From positions 1 to 64,000 of IMG/VR virus record IMGVR_UViG_3300050013_000165: 64,000 nucleotides of DNA; one strand, given 5' to 3'. The notes beneath the pieces were generated by a model. The model saw only the letters and a program-made list of their open reading frames with translations, was not told where the DNA came from and made no database searches. Source of the DNA: a virus. Each line of letters opens with the position of its first letter. Position 1 is the stretch's first letter. The position numbers were made by a program, and so were the translations under genes. This document shows positions 47,072 to 57,142 of the stretch, one piece after another.

Positions 47072-47787
47072 TCTCGTTCCTGATCCCTTATCTCCCAAAT
47101 GGTGACGAATACCGAGAACGTGCGTGCAAGTACATTTTGGGGGCGTTGGCAATCGATTGGCATGAGCCAGATGCCGAAATCATCATTGGAGGAATCGAGC
47201 CGTTTAATCGGTCGGCAGCGCGCAACCAGGCGGCAAAGCGTGCCGATGGGGACATTCTCGTTTTTGTCGATGCCGACTCTTTTGTTCCAAAGCATCAAAT
47301 TCGTGAAGCCCTTTCTCTGGCCGAGGAACGAGGGTGGGCATTTCCTTACGATCACTATTGCTCTATGACGGAGATGGGGACCGAGAACTTCATTGCTGGG
47401 GCTGCTCTTCCTGATCCATTGAGCTGGGGAACTGACATGTTTGATCGTGACTATTACGAGTTCATTTTTCCCTCGAAGGACACTCCTGAGCCCGCAGTCG
47501 GCGGGTGTGTTGTTGTGACTAGAGCTGCTTTCGAAACGGTAGGCGGATACGACGAGCGCTTCATTGGCTGGGGAGAAGAGGATCGAGCCTTCATGCTCGC
47601 ATTAGACACGCTCGTGAATGCAGAGCATCGGGTGAGCGGCAACATCTTTCACCTATGGCACGAGCACCCCGAAGAGGAGTGTTTCGCTCAACCGAACTTC
47701 AGTGATAACCGGAAGCTCTGTAATCGCTACCGGGAAGCTTGCGGCAACCTTCAAATGATGCGGGAGTTGATCGCCGAACGAAACTGA
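47068..47787 (+). CDS. GT2/GT7C-like glycosyltransferase
   Basis: FNRSAARN, VDAD, GGYDERFIGWGEED, HLWH. Confidence 0.92.
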   Translation: MISFLIPYLPNGDEYRERACKYILGALAIDWHEPDAEIIIGGIEPFNRSAARNQAAKRADGDILVFVDADSFVPKHQIREALSLAEERGWAFPYDHYCSMTEMGTENFIAGAALPDPLSWGTDMFDRDYYEFIFPSKDTPEPAVGGCVVVTRAAFETVGGYDERFIGWGEEDRAFMLALDTLVNAEHRVSGNIFHLWHEHPEEECFAQPNFSDNRKLCNRYREACGNLQMMRELIAERN

Positions 47788-47853
47788 CTCGCTTTTGATT
47801 AGGGCCGTGCGGTACAACAGGCACAAAGCTCTGATCAAGAGGAGAGCCAGAAA

Positions 47854-48249
47854 ATGACAATTGCACCTTCGAACATTCCGCCGGAGCGGACGCCGCAGTC
47901 GTACCCGCGCTCAATGGGTCCCGACATGGCGGGTCGCACCGGTCCCTTGCGTTTCGAGGAGGGGCTTGCCACCGACACCGATGTGCCGGACTCGTACACC
48001 CACGGGATGCGGGACGGCTATGCGACCGGGCCTGGTTCACCGAACCACAACAACCCCGACTCGCAGTACAAGCACGCCGACGAGACAATGGCCGAGCGTG
48101 CCCACGTCGGTTCGGCTTCATGGACGGACGCCCCGAGCATGCTCCGGTCGTTCGTTGATGGCGTCACCGAGCCCCCGGTCACCTTCCCCGACGTCATGCG
48201 CTCAGGCAGTCGCTATGAGCGAATGAGTCCAGAAACGGTGACGGACTAA
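47854..48249 (+). CDS. conserved putative virion protein
   Basis: GPLRFEEGLATDTDVP...ERAHVGSASW; GAGGAG RBS. Confidence 0.7.
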   Translation: MTIAPSNIPPERTPQSYPRSMGPDMAGRTGPLRFEEGLATDTDVPDSYTHGMRDGYATGPGSPNHNNPDSQYKHADETMAERAHVGSASWTDAPSMLRSFVDGVTEPPVTFPDVMRSGSRYERMSPETVTD

Positions 48250-48269
48250 ATTTAGCCCTCGGGCTAAAT
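48250..48269. terminator. perfect hairpin (terminator or operator)
   Basis: ATTTAGCCC-TC-GGGCTAAAT right after the stop. Confidence 0.5.
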
Positions 48270-48361
48270 GCTTCTTGTAGTTGTGCATTTCAATCGGAGA
48301 ACGAATCGTGCTCCCAGGTAATGGCTGGGATTCCTTATGACTCTCACAGGAGGAGAGATAT

Positions 48362-48997
48362 ATGTCCGGCCTTTATCCGAGCACCGTTCTTGTCGAACGA
48401 TTTCTTGCATCCGTTTCCGCGGAAACGATGGCTCAGAAGTTCATTGCTCCGTGTGACCTCGAAATCCTCGGGATGCTTCTTGTCCTTGGGACTGCCGCAG
48501 GTGCTGGCGACGGCGTAACCGTCAATGTCAGCAACAACCCGGTGGCTCAGGCCAACGTCGCCAGCACGCAGTTGTCTCCTAACCCCTACAACCTTTGGAC
48601 GGCAGCAAACGTCCCCTCGGTTGCGGGTTCGGCGACGAGCAACATCACGTCGGGAACGATCACCACGAACGCCTACTTGGGAGCGTTGCTTGAAAACAAG
48701 CCTTACGCTCTCGAATACCCGTTCCCTGGTCCGCCGGGAACCGTTGGGTTCGAGACGGCGCAACAGACGTCGCAAATCACGTCGGCTCCGGTGACGACTC
48801 CTCCGACGATTGTCAAGTTCGGCATCACGGCGGGGCTCGTTGCTCCCGACAACACCTACACTGACGCGAACGGCTTCACAAGCACGCCAACGTCAACGGT
48901 GCACGAAGGTGACATTCTCTCCTTCGTGATCGGTGCCATCAGTTCCGTCGGGGCTGCCGCCAACTTGGAGATCGTGCTCTACGGCCAAGTTCGGTAA
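48362..48997 (+). CDS. Thr-rich putative virion structural protein
   Basis: AGGAGG RBS; beta-rich, Thr/Ser/Ala-rich. Confidence 0.65.
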   Translation: MSGLYPSTVLVERFLASVSAETMAQKFIAPCDLEILGMLLVLGTAAGAGDGVTVNVSNNPVAQANVASTQLSPNPYNLWTAANVPSVAGSATSNITSGTITTNAYLGALLENKPYALEYPFPGPPGTVGFETAQQTSQITSAPVTTPPTIVKFGITAGLVAPDNTYTDANGFTSTPTSTVHEGDILSFVIGAISSVGAAANLEIVLYGQVR

Positions 48998-49248
48998 TGA
49001 ACCAAGAAGACGCTCGACTGCCGCAACGGCCTAGAGCTATTCAGGTTTGCGGTGTGTGTAATCCTCCATTTCGGACTCTTTCGAAATCCGAAATGGAGGA
49101 TCACATCGAGAATTACCACGGCACGAATTGGGCTCCTGGCTCCCTGGTGCGTTCCAAAGATCAGTTGGAATTCCGACCACATCTGATGGACACACCTTGG
49201 GGCTCAGAGTTCAAGGAAGGACCGCTGAATCGTCGAAGGAGACGGTAA
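48997..49248 (+). CDS. small C2H2-like protein
   Basis: CGVC...HIENYH. Confidence 0.55.
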   Translation: MNQEDARLPQRPRAIQVCGVCNPPFRTLSKSEMEDHIENYHGTNWAPGSLVRSKDQLEFRPHLMDTPWGSEFKEGPLNRRRRR

Positions 49249-50103
49249 ATGTCAATTGTCAATTTGCGTGGTATCGATGCAGCAGGCCACCCATCCGCAG
49301 CAGCAGTAAAGGCCGCAGGGTGCAATGTGGTTGGCTTCTATTTGACCGGTAAGTTCGCTCCGACGTCCGCACTGATCGAGAGCTACTTGGCCGCTGGGCT
49401 CGGGTTGATATCGATCTTCGAGACCGGCGCACAGAACGCTCTCGGCGCAGCCGCACAAGCCACGACCGATGCTCACGCCGCATTAGCTGCAATGGCGTCC
49501 TTCAAGCAGCCCACGGGAACCGCAGCCGTCTTCACAGTGGACTTCGACCCGACCGCTGCGCAACTCGCTGCTGTTGGTGAGTACGCCCAAACTTTCGCTG
49601 GCTTTTTGCGCGCAGCCAAGAACCTCGTCACCGGTTACGGAGGGACGGCCACTCTTCAAGAAGTAGTGAGCCGTGTTGATTACACCTGGCAAGCAGCCGG
49701 TTGGTCAAATGGTGTGCTCTTCCCCGCAAACATTCGCCAGGAGATCACGCAAATCACTGTTGGTGGCGTGCAGTGCGACCAAGACGCCATCCTGAAGCTC
49801 CCGTTTGGTGCGTGGTGTTCGAAGGGCGTTTATCCACCGACGCCGGTTCCAATGACTGCCGACGAATACTGCACCGTGCACGGCATGGTCATTATCGATT
49901 ACGCCGAAGCAGAGATGTGCGTGTTTCCGGCAAAGCGAACGACGGCAAAAGGTAAGGCGTTGCCGGAGATCGGCTGGTATCAGTGGAACAATACGACCCA
50001 CGACATGATGCCGCACAGTGATGCCAACATCCCAAAGACAGGGACCCTTTATGCATTCAAGGCAAATTTGGACGCAGCGGTCATTCCGCACGCCGGGACA
50101 TGA
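49249..50103 (+). CDS. endolysin, DUF1906/Rv2525c-like glycoside hydrolase
   Basis: GIDAA, YL, IFE, FTVDFD, GYGG, WQAAGWS, D.D. Confidence 0.85.
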   Translation: MSIVNLRGIDAAGHPSAAAVKAAGCNVVGFYLTGKFAPTSALIESYLAAGLGLISIFETGAQNALGAAAQATTDAHAALAAMASFKQPTGTAAVFTVDFDPTAAQLAAVGEYAQTFAGFLRAAKNLVTGYGGTATLQEVVSRVDYTWQAAGWSNGVLFPANIRQEITQITVGGVQCDQDAILKLPFGAWCSKGVYPPTPVPMTADEYCTVHGMVIIDYAEAEMCVFPAKRTTAKGKALPEIGWYQWNNTTHDMMPHSDANIPKTGTLYAFKANLDAAVIPHAGT

Positions 50104-50109
50104 TTGGAG

Positions 50110-50592
50110 ATGTTTGCTGTTACAGGGCCGTTGGTAGGGAACGACTCGGGGACAATAATTCTCGTGGTTGTGTGTTCTCTTATTTCTGGATTAGGCGCTA
50201 CAGGGATAAGTGCCTTGGTTCACCGTCGCTCTGATGATCAGGCCAATCAAAGGTTCAATGCTGAACTGCGCGGGCGCAAGGACGTCCCAGGACTCCCCGA
50301 CGAGGAGAGCATTATCGAGCGCATAGCGAGCGTTGAGAAGATGCTGAAACCTGGAACGAACGGGGTTAGGACTCTGTATGACAAGGTTGATTCCATCGAG
50401 AAGGTGACAGCGGCTGCCGGTTTGGGAGCAGAGCACGCAGCCCAAGCAGTTACCGAGGCTGCAATGCATGCAGCTATGCGAGTTGAAGCCGTTGCCGAGG
50501 CGGCAGCCCGACGACTTGATGATGCAGCACAAGCTGCGGCGACTCGACTAGCAGATGCTGAGACAAAAAAAACTGAAACTGAAAGGGATTGA
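50110..50592 (+). CDS. membrane protein of the lysis cassette
   Basis: N-terminal TM plus Ala-rich coiled coil, next to the lysin. Confidence 0.6.
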   Translation: MFAVTGPLVGNDSGTIILVVVCSLISGLGATGISALVHRRSDDQANQRFNAELRGRKDVPGLPDEESIIERIASVEKMLKPGTNGVRTLYDKVDSIEKVTAAAGLGAEHAAQAVTEAAMHAAMRVEAVAEAAARRLDDAAQAAATRLADAETKKTETERD

Positions 50593-50596
50593 ATAA

Positions 50597-50785
50597 ATGG
50601 GACCAGTGAGCGCAGTTGCAATTTTCATCTTTTTGTTTCTCTATGGCCTGAATGAAGGCAAATGGATTACGGCCAGCGGCAGATTGCTCGGCGTTATTGC
50701 GATCATTGTTGGACTCGTGATCTTGATTGACACGTTCTGGTATCAGTCGAGTGCTCGTTGGGCTGCAAGACATCCCAACGGCTAA
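50597..50785 (+). CDS. putative holin (2 TM)
   Basis: 62 aa, two hydrophobic helices, lysis context. Confidence 0.5.
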   Translation: MGPVSAVAIFIFLFLYGLNEGKWITASGRLLGVIAIIVGLVILIDTFWYQSSARWAARHPNG

Positions 50786-50837
50786 TGTCGGGAAAGTGAC
50801 TAACCAGTTCTAATCGCCTCTTGTTACCTTTGATGGC

Positions 50838-51551
50838 GTGTCTGAGCAGCAAGCATTCTTCGATCCAAAGAAGCTCAATCCTCATCAGTTTGAGCCTGTC
50901 GGCAGTGCTCTTGAAGGAGCATCGCAGTACACACACGGGCGACACACGATTGAGGGATTAGACGACCGCATCAATGACCGGCACGCCGGTTACCGGACCC
51001 AGCTTGATTATCGCATGGCCGAGAAGCAGCCCGAGTCACCAAACATTCGCCGGAGTTATGGCGCATTTCGAGGTGCGGTCAACAAGCAATACGACTTCAT
51101 GACAAAGCCTCGCGAAGAAGGCGGCATGGGACTCCGTCACGAAGCGGTCAATTTTGACCCATATGAGCCTAGCGCTGAGGGTGCGAAGGCAATGGGCGAG
51201 GATGTCAAGCGTGGTGTAATTCGCACGCACGCCACGACTCCTGAAGAGTCGCACGCCTATTTGAGCCCCGAGGAGAACGACAAGTTCCGAGCGGTGCACG
51301 ACGTCTTCGGTCACGCAGCCACCGGTCGTGGGTTTGATCGTTATGGCGAAGACGTTGCGTACCTCAGTCACCGGCAGATGTTTCCGAAGAAGGCTGTTCA
51401 AGCACTCACCTCAGAGACTCGCGGGCAGAACACCTATTTGAATTACGGACCTGGGGGACACGGGGCAGGAACTTTCCCCGATCAGTCCAACAAGCTCATC
51501 GGGCTTCCTGCTCGGGCTAGTCGTGTCCGGCGTCCACGGAGAAGTGTGTAA
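50838..51551 (+). CDS. conserved phage protein with HDxxGH (zincin-like) motif
   Basis: ENDKFRAVHDVFGH...F...GE..A...H...ALTSETRGQN. Confidence 0.65.
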   Translation: MSEQQAFFDPKKLNPHQFEPVGSALEGASQYTHGRHTIEGLDDRINDRHAGYRTQLDYRMAEKQPESPNIRRSYGAFRGAVNKQYDFMTKPREEGGMGLRHEAVNFDPYEPSAEGAKAMGEDVKRGVIRTHATTPEESHAYLSPEENDKFRAVHDVFGHAATGRGFDRYGEDVAYLSHRQMFPKKAVQALTSETRGQNTYLNYGPGGHGAGTFPDQSNKLIGLPARASRVRRPRRSV

Positions 51552-53309
51552 ATGGCGATTAGCTTCGTTTCTAATTCTTACCGAGCGTCGTCATCAGACC
51601 TCACGATTGCGATTAGTCCGCTCGGGCTCGTTGAGCTTGCCGACGAAGAGTTCGAGGTTCACGGGCCACGCCTCAATCGGTACGCATCCAACTGGGCCTT
51701 CTACCTTGGGCACCACTGGTCGTATCGGCGCGAGATCGGCGAGCCCCAACTCACGTTCAACTGGTGTAAGACGTTCAGTGATTACCTCACGAACTTCGCA
51801 CTCACCAACGGAGTCAATTTCTCGTCCCCCGAAGCGACGTCGGCGATTGTGCCGGAGCTGTTGCGCCAGGTTTGGGAAGAGCACCAGCCAATGGGCAAGA
51901 TGGCTGTGATGTGGGAGATCATGCAGCAAGGCTCGGTCTCCGGCGACTCGTTTGTCAAGGTTGCATTTGAAGAGGCCTACGACGACCCGGCGGGCAACTT
52001 CCACCCACCGAAGATTCGCATCCTTCCGCTCAACAGTGCCTTCTGTTTTCCTGAGTACCACCCCCACGACATGTCGCGCCTAATCCGCTTCAAGATGAAG
52101 TACCGCTTTTGGGGAACGGCGCTCGAAGGCACTCGACAGGTGTTCTCATATACCGAGCTTTGGACTGAAGACGCCTTCCAGTCGTTCATCAATGATGAGC
52201 TAATCGAGAGCCAAGAAAACCCGCTCGGGGTAATCCCGTTCATCCATGTCTCGAACACGAAGGTGCCGTCGTCGCCGTGGGGCTTGTCTGACATTCAAGA
52301 CGTCACGGACCTCAACCGGCAGTACAACGAGACGGCCACATTGATTACTGACATCGTGAACTACTACGCATCGCCGGTCACGATCATTACCGGCGCGAAA
52401 TCGAACAACCTCGAACGCGGCCCCCGCAAGGTATGGGCAATTCCGAATAAGGATGCTCGTGTTGCCAACCTCGAAATTAACTCACAGCTCGATGGACCTT
52501 TGAAGTTCCTCGAAACGCTGAAAGAGAAGATGCACGAGATTGTCAACATTCCGATGAATGCTTTTGGGCAGGAGTTGCAGATCAGCAACACCTCGGGCGT
52601 CGCACTTCAAATCACGTTGCTGCCATTGATGCAGAAGTTCCGACAGAAGTCGATTCAGTACGAGTCGGGGCTTGTTCGAGTTAATGAGCTAATCATCCGT
52701 GTCGCTTCGGTCTATATGCCGGAGCTTTTGCAGTTCGATCCATCTCGGGATGTCTTGCCTGAACCCGGTCAGCTTTCCGTGCTCGATCCGCTTGATCCTT
52801 TGACGTTTCGAAATAGTGTCGAATTTGCCAACCCGATGCCCATTGACAAGACGTTGGCTCTTCAGGAAATCCAAATGGAGATGGCACTCGGGCTCTTGTC
52901 GAAGCGTGGCGCTCTTCGCCGTCTTGGCGAGGCTTACCCCGCAGAAAAGCTCGAAGAGCTGTATAACGAATTGCACCTCGACCAACTCGAACAAGGTGCG
53001 CTCGATTTGCAAAGCGCACAGCTTCAGGTACTCATTCCGTTTCTCACCGGCATTTCCCCGACAACTGGGGAGCCGGTTGGAGAGGAAGGAGGGTCCGCAT
53101 CTACGACCAGTGCCGGTCCTGCTGTTCAGTCTGCCGGTGGCCCAGGTGTCAACACGGCGACTGCAACACAACCAGGCTCGGCGATGCCAAACATTTTCGA
53201 CAATCCAGAGACGAAGGATTTGCTCACTCGGCTCTCCACACTGGCGGCGGGAACCAAAGTTCCGCAAGTTCGGAATCCACTTCATGATCCAGAGGACGAC
53301 AATTCCTGA
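51552..53309 (+). CDS. portal protein
   Basis: 585 aa; FYLGHHW, GDSFVKV, NPLGVIPFIH, WGLSDI, SNTSGVAL; precedes scaffold and capsid. Confidence 0.92.
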   Translation: MAISFVSNSYRASSSDLTIAISPLGLVELADEEFEVHGPRLNRYASNWAFYLGHHWSYRREIGEPQLTFNWCKTFSDYLTNFALTNGVNFSSPEATSAIVPELLRQVWEEHQPMGKMAVMWEIMQQGSVSGDSFVKVAFEEAYDDPAGNFHPPKIRILPLNSAFCFPEYHPHDMSRLIRFKMKYRFWGTALEGTRQVFSYTELWTEDAFQSFINDELIESQENPLGVIPFIHVSNTKVPSSPWGLSDIQDVTDLNRQYNETATLITDIVNYYASPVTIITGAKSNNLERGPRKVWAIPNKDARVANLEINSQLDGPLKFLETLKEKMHEIVNIPMNAFGQELQISNTSGVALQITLLPLMQKFRQKSIQYESGLVRVNELIIRVASVYMPELLQFDPSRDVLPEPGQLSVLDPLDPLTFRNSVEFANPMPIDKTLALQEIQMEMALGLLSKRGALRRLGEAYPAEKLEELYNELHLDQLEQGALDLQSAQLQVLIPFLTGISPTTGEPVGEEGGSASTTSAGPAVQSAGGPGVNTATATQPGSAMPNIFDNPETKDLLTRLSTLAAGTKVPQVRNPLHDPEDDNS

Positions 53310-53869
53310 TGGCATTGACGTCAGTTGAAAGACGACGGCTGTACGTCCAACGCCATCCCGAACGTGTTGCTGCTTCCAAGAAGTCCTATGGCGCAACCGA
53401 ACGAGGCAAGACGACAAAGAGGAATTACAACCGTCGATATTACGAAGAGCATGGCGAAGAAATTCGCTCCCAGGCGAGAGATTGGTGTAAACAAAATCTT
53501 GATCGCAAGCGGCAACTGAACCATGTTTGGCGTGATGCCAATAGAGAGCATTACAACGACACCCAGCGAAGTTGGTATAAGACCAATCGAGAACAAAACC
53601 TATTGCAGCGCCGTGCTTACGACGCTCTGGTTGCAGCCCAAAGGCGTGCTCGAAAGCGTGGGGCTCAAATTGGTGCGGTCACTATCGAGCTTCTTCAGGA
53701 GAAGTGGAATTATTGGTTTGGGCGTTGCTGGATGTGCGGAAAACAAGCTGAAGCTTGGGATCACGTAAAACCTCTAGCTAAGGGCGGTGCTCATTGCCTC
53801 GCAAACCTTCGTCCGGCATGCAAACCATGCAACAGCCGAAAACGAGATCGTTGGCCGTTTCGTAACTGA
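53309..53869 (+). CDS. HNH homing endonuclease
   Basis: CWMCG....WDHVKPLAKGGAH...NLRPACKPCNSRK. Confidence 0.92.
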   Translation: MALTSVERRRLYVQRHPERVAASKKSYGATERGKTTKRNYNRRYYEEHGEEIRSQARDWCKQNLDRKRQLNHVWRDANREHYNDTQRSWYKTNREQNLLQRRAYDALVAAQRRARKRGAQIGAVTIELLQEKWNYWFGRCWMCGKQAEAWDHVKPLAKGGAHCLANLRPACKPCNSRKRDRWPFRN

Positions 53870-53950
53870 CTTCCGGTCGGCATTAGCCATTAACTACTGT
53901 CGCCGACGTAACACTGTGGCCTTAATCGGAGAATTAGAAGGAGAGTTGTA

Positions 53951-54754
53951 ATGACACTCGATCCAGCAGCGGTAGTTCCTGGCGGAACTCCGCTTCACCT
54001 CCACATCGACCCGCGTGCTTCCGCAGTGCCGGATGGCTATATGTCAGCAGCGCAGGTCGAAGAGCTGCTAAATCGTGAGCGCGAGCGCGTTCGTCAGGAA
54101 GAGAAGAACAAGCTCTACCCTGAACTTGAACAGGTTCGAACCGAATTTCGTTCAGCGCAAGAGACGCTTGCAACGCTCACGACTGAGCGAGAGCAGCAGA
54201 TCGCCGAGCAGACTCGGATTGCCCAGGAAGCCGAAGCGGAAGCCGAGCGCCTTCGGCAAGAAGGACTCAGTGCAAACCAGCGCCTCGAAGAGTATCAATC
54301 TTCGATGGATCAACGATTTGCCCAAATCGAAGCCGAGCGTTCCGCCGAGCGAGCATTACTCGCAAAGGAATCGCGTTTGCGTGAACTCGACAACTACGCA
54401 TCACGGCGTGTGCAAGAAGTGACGCAGGCGGAAGAGATCATGCCGGAACTTGCCACCTTCATTCGTGGGAACAACGAAGACGAGATTGAGCAGAACATCG
54501 AAATCGCCAAGGCGAAGAGCGCCGAAATCGCAGCTCAGATCAGTGCGCGGTTCAACAGTGCGCCTCCACGTCGAGTGATGATGCCTCCGACCGGAGCGCC
54601 GCCCATCGACGTCGCCGCCTTCACCGGCAACGACCGTCAAATCACTGCACAAGAGATCGCCGACATGCCGATGGAGGATTACCGGCAAATGCGGGGGGCT
54701 CTTCTCGGTGCCGCAAGCGAGCGTGTTCGCACTCTTGGGGCGTATGCGCCGTAA
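53951..54754 (+). CDS. capsid scaffolding protein
   Basis: Coiled-coil, Glu/Arg-rich, directly upstream of the capsid gene. Confidence 0.8.
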   Translation: MTLDPAAVVPGGTPLHLHIDPRASAVPDGYMSAAQVEELLNRERERVRQEEKNKLYPELEQVRTEFRSAQETLATLTTEREQQIAEQTRIAQEAEAEAERLRQEGLSANQRLEEYQSSMDQRFAQIEAERSAERALLAKESRLRELDNYASRRVQEVTQAEEIMPELATFIRGNNEDEIEQNIEIAKAKSAEIAAQISARFNSAPPRRVMMPPTGAPPIDVAAFTGNDRQITAQEIADMPMEDYRQMRGALLGAASERVRTLGAYAP

Positions 54755-54888
54755 TAGTGCCTTGCATTGCATTAGTGAAATGCACTTTGATGTTTGATTA
54801 GCGGATTTTCTTTTGTAGAACCAAATCGTGGCTGCCAGAGTCAGGCATTAGAGGCTCGAATCATTATTGAGTAAAGGAGACTCAAAGC

Positions 54889-55881
54889 ATGGCCTCTGCA
54901 ATTACCGGCTCGCCTTATCTGGCCGCTTCGCCGACTGGATATGCGGGCGCAAACTCAACGCTTGGGCAGGCAATCCAGACGATTTGGTCCAAGGAAATCC
55001 TGTTCCAGGCAATGCCCATTCTGCGCTTCGAGCAGTTTGCGGTCAAAAAGACGGAGCTTGGTGTTCAGCCTGGTCTGACCATCAACTTCATGCGATACAA
55101 CAACCTGCCAAATGCTTCGCAGTTGGTGGAAGGTGTTCGCATGCAGACCGTCGCTTTGACGGCGAGCCAGTTCTCGATCACGGTTGCAGAACAGGGCTTC
55201 GCTGTGTCGGTCACGGAGCTGTTGCTCAATGCCTCGTTCGACGACGTCATGGCTTCGGCCTCCCGTCTGCTCGGACGAAACATGGCGCAGTACCTCGACT
55301 ACAGCGCTCGGAACACACTGCTTTTGGCGTCGTCAGTGATCTTCGGATACAACTACCTCGCCACCGACAACCCGCGGACCACGCAGTCGCCGTATGACCA
55401 CGGCTCCGCTGCAACGTCCACCAACGGGTTGACGGGGAACTACTACTTCACCCCGGCTTTGGTGAAGGATGCAGTATTGACCCTTGCTTCGAAGAACGTT
55501 CCTCGCCTCGGTGAGACCTACGTCTGCTTCGTGGCACCGACCCAGTCCCGAGAGCTTCGAGACTGCCCTGAGTTCATCGAGGTTACGAAGTACGCCGCCC
55601 CCGGCAACTTCGCCCTTGGCGAGATCGGTCGGCTTTGGGACTGCGTGTTCATTGAGACCACGCAGGTCAACCAAGCGCAGACCACGGCCGCTACTCCGGC
55701 CACGTACTACCAGGCGATCTTCATCGGCGACAATGCTTTCGGGCATGCGATTTCGTTGCCGGTCGAGCTTCGTGACGGTGGCGTTCTCGACTTCGGTCGA
55801 GAGCACGCTCTGGCATGGTACGCGATTTGGGGTCTTGGATTGATTACAGATTGGTCGGTCGTGATCGCAAATACCAACTAG
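54889..55881 (+). CDS. major capsid protein (N4-gp56-like)
   Basis: IWSKEILFQAMPILRFEQFAVKKTELG, GEIGR, DFGREHALAWY; AAGGAG RBS. Confidence 0.93.
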   Translation: MASAITGSPYLAASPTGYAGANSTLGQAIQTIWSKEILFQAMPILRFEQFAVKKTELGVQPGLTINFMRYNNLPNASQLVEGVRMQTVALTASQFSITVAEQGFAVSVTELLLNASFDDVMASASRLLGRNMAQYLDYSARNTLLLASSVIFGYNYLATDNPRTTQSPYDHGSAATSTNGLTGNYYFTPALVKDAVLTLASKNVPRLGETYVCFVAPTQSRELRDCPEFIEVTKYAAPGNFALGEIGRLWDCVFIETTQVNQAQTTAATPATYYQAIFIGDNAFGHAISLPVELRDGGVLDFGREHALAWYAIWGLGLITDWSVVIANTN

Positions 55882-55915
55882 TTGAACTCCCCAGTAGTTG
55901 TGTTAAACTGCTGGG

Positions 55916-56659
55916 ATGACAATCAGAACGTGTGCTCTGTGCCCAGCACAGAAAGCTCCATACAAACATCCAGAAGACCCTGAGCTTCGTATCTGTCAGG
56001 CGTGCAAGCGTCGATTAGAACGACAAGCTCGGGGTCTTTTGCTGCCAGGACCAAAGCCTGATCCAACACGACCAAGGTCACGATATGGAACACAACGGGA
56101 AGGAAGCCCAAATCGAATATCACGTCGTCAATTTGCGACTGAAACTCGCTGTGCCAACAATCACCTGTTTACCAATGAGAGCACGTATTGGCGCAAAGAC
56201 CCAAATGATGGAGTAGAGCGTCGAATCTGCCGAATTTGTTTGCGAGCAGCACAGCGCAAATCAAAAGGGCTTCCAGCAATTCCAGATGACACTCCGTTTG
56301 GACCACGCAATAAAGACAAGACGCATTGTCCACAAAATCATGAGTACACGCCAGAGAACACTTACACCTATAAGAGCGGTCTTCGTCGATGCCGAAAATG
56401 TATGCGAGCGCAGCAAATACGACACGATTATGGGATTGAGCCGGAGCAGTTTGACTTTTTTATCGAGAAGCAAGGAAATGCTTGTGCGATTTGTGAGCGG
56501 TCGTTTGAGGTGGAAACACCGCACGTTGACCACGATCACGCTGACGGGCATGTACGAGGCATTCTCTGTCGTCCTTGTAACTCGGGCCTCGGGTTCTTTG
56601 AGGATTCCCTGACGATGCTCAGGCGGGCCGTTCGCTACTTGGATAGGATTTCAGCATGA
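55916..56659 (+). CDS. endonuclease VII-family homing endonuclease with Zn modules
   Basis: YGI...QGNACAIC...HVDHDHADGHVRGILCRPCNSGLG. Confidence 0.9.
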   Translation: MTIRTCALCPAQKAPYKHPEDPELRICQACKRRLERQARGLLLPGPKPDPTRPRSRYGTQREGSPNRISRRQFATETRCANNHLFTNESTYWRKDPNDGVERRICRICLRAAQRKSKGLPAIPDDTPFGPRNKDKTHCPQNHEYTPENTYTYKSGLRRCRKCMRAQQIRHDYGIEPEQFDFFIEKQGNACAICERSFEVETPHVDHDHADGHVRGILCRPCNSGLGFFEDSLTMLRRAVRYLDRISA

Positions 56660-57078
56660 GCAGGATTTCACCGCAGGCTCAACGACTAAAGGACGCCGCC
56701 GCCAATGTCACCGGCCACCCAAAAAGCTTTTTTACGGTTCGCACCGAGAAGAACCGTTATGGCGAATACGGTGATGCTCATCTCGATTTGAACATCCGAA
56801 ATATCGTTCGAAAAGGAAATGGGCTGACGCATAGAGATGTTCACGAGAATCTTGCGGATCACGCCGATGATCTTGCAAAGCAAGGCTTGACCGTGAATGT
56901 GATTCACTCTTTGGACGGTCGCCGGAGCACCCATGTCTCGTCTACTCACAACCCTCGGCAAGAGGTGGCGGAATATCAAAATGGCAAGTGGAACACCCGT
57001 TCTCTGTTTCACGACCGTCGTCAATTGAGCGCCCAGGAACTTCGAACACTTCAAAAGCCGGATTCGGAGTGGAACTAA
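56656..57078 (+). CDS. hypothetical passenger protein
   Basis: ATGA-coupled to the endonuclease. Confidence 0.65.
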   Translation: MSRISPQAQRLKDAAANVTGHPKSFFTVRTEKNRYGEYGDAHLDLNIRNIVRKGNGLTHRDVHENLADHADDLAKQGLTVNVIHSLDGRRSTHVSSTHNPRQEVAEYQNGKWNTRSLFHDRRQLSAQELRTLQKPDSEWN

Positions 57079-57113
57079 CCGACTGGTCGGTGGTTGTGGC
57101 GAATACGAACTAA
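57078..57113 (+). pseudogene. orphan copy of the capsid gene 3' end (TDWSVVVANTN*)
   Basis: Matches MCP end TDWSVVIANTN* at 55846-55881 with mostly third-position differences. Confidence 0.9.
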
Positions 57114-57142
57114 CGTCTCCAATCGAGACGTCTGCAAGGCTG

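Noticed and set aside
53309-53950. Duplicated portal C-terminus after the HNH
   Set aside because: No copy of the portal end found; none either for the nucleases at 1954, 6377, 15963, 25635 or 61818, so end replacement is not universal
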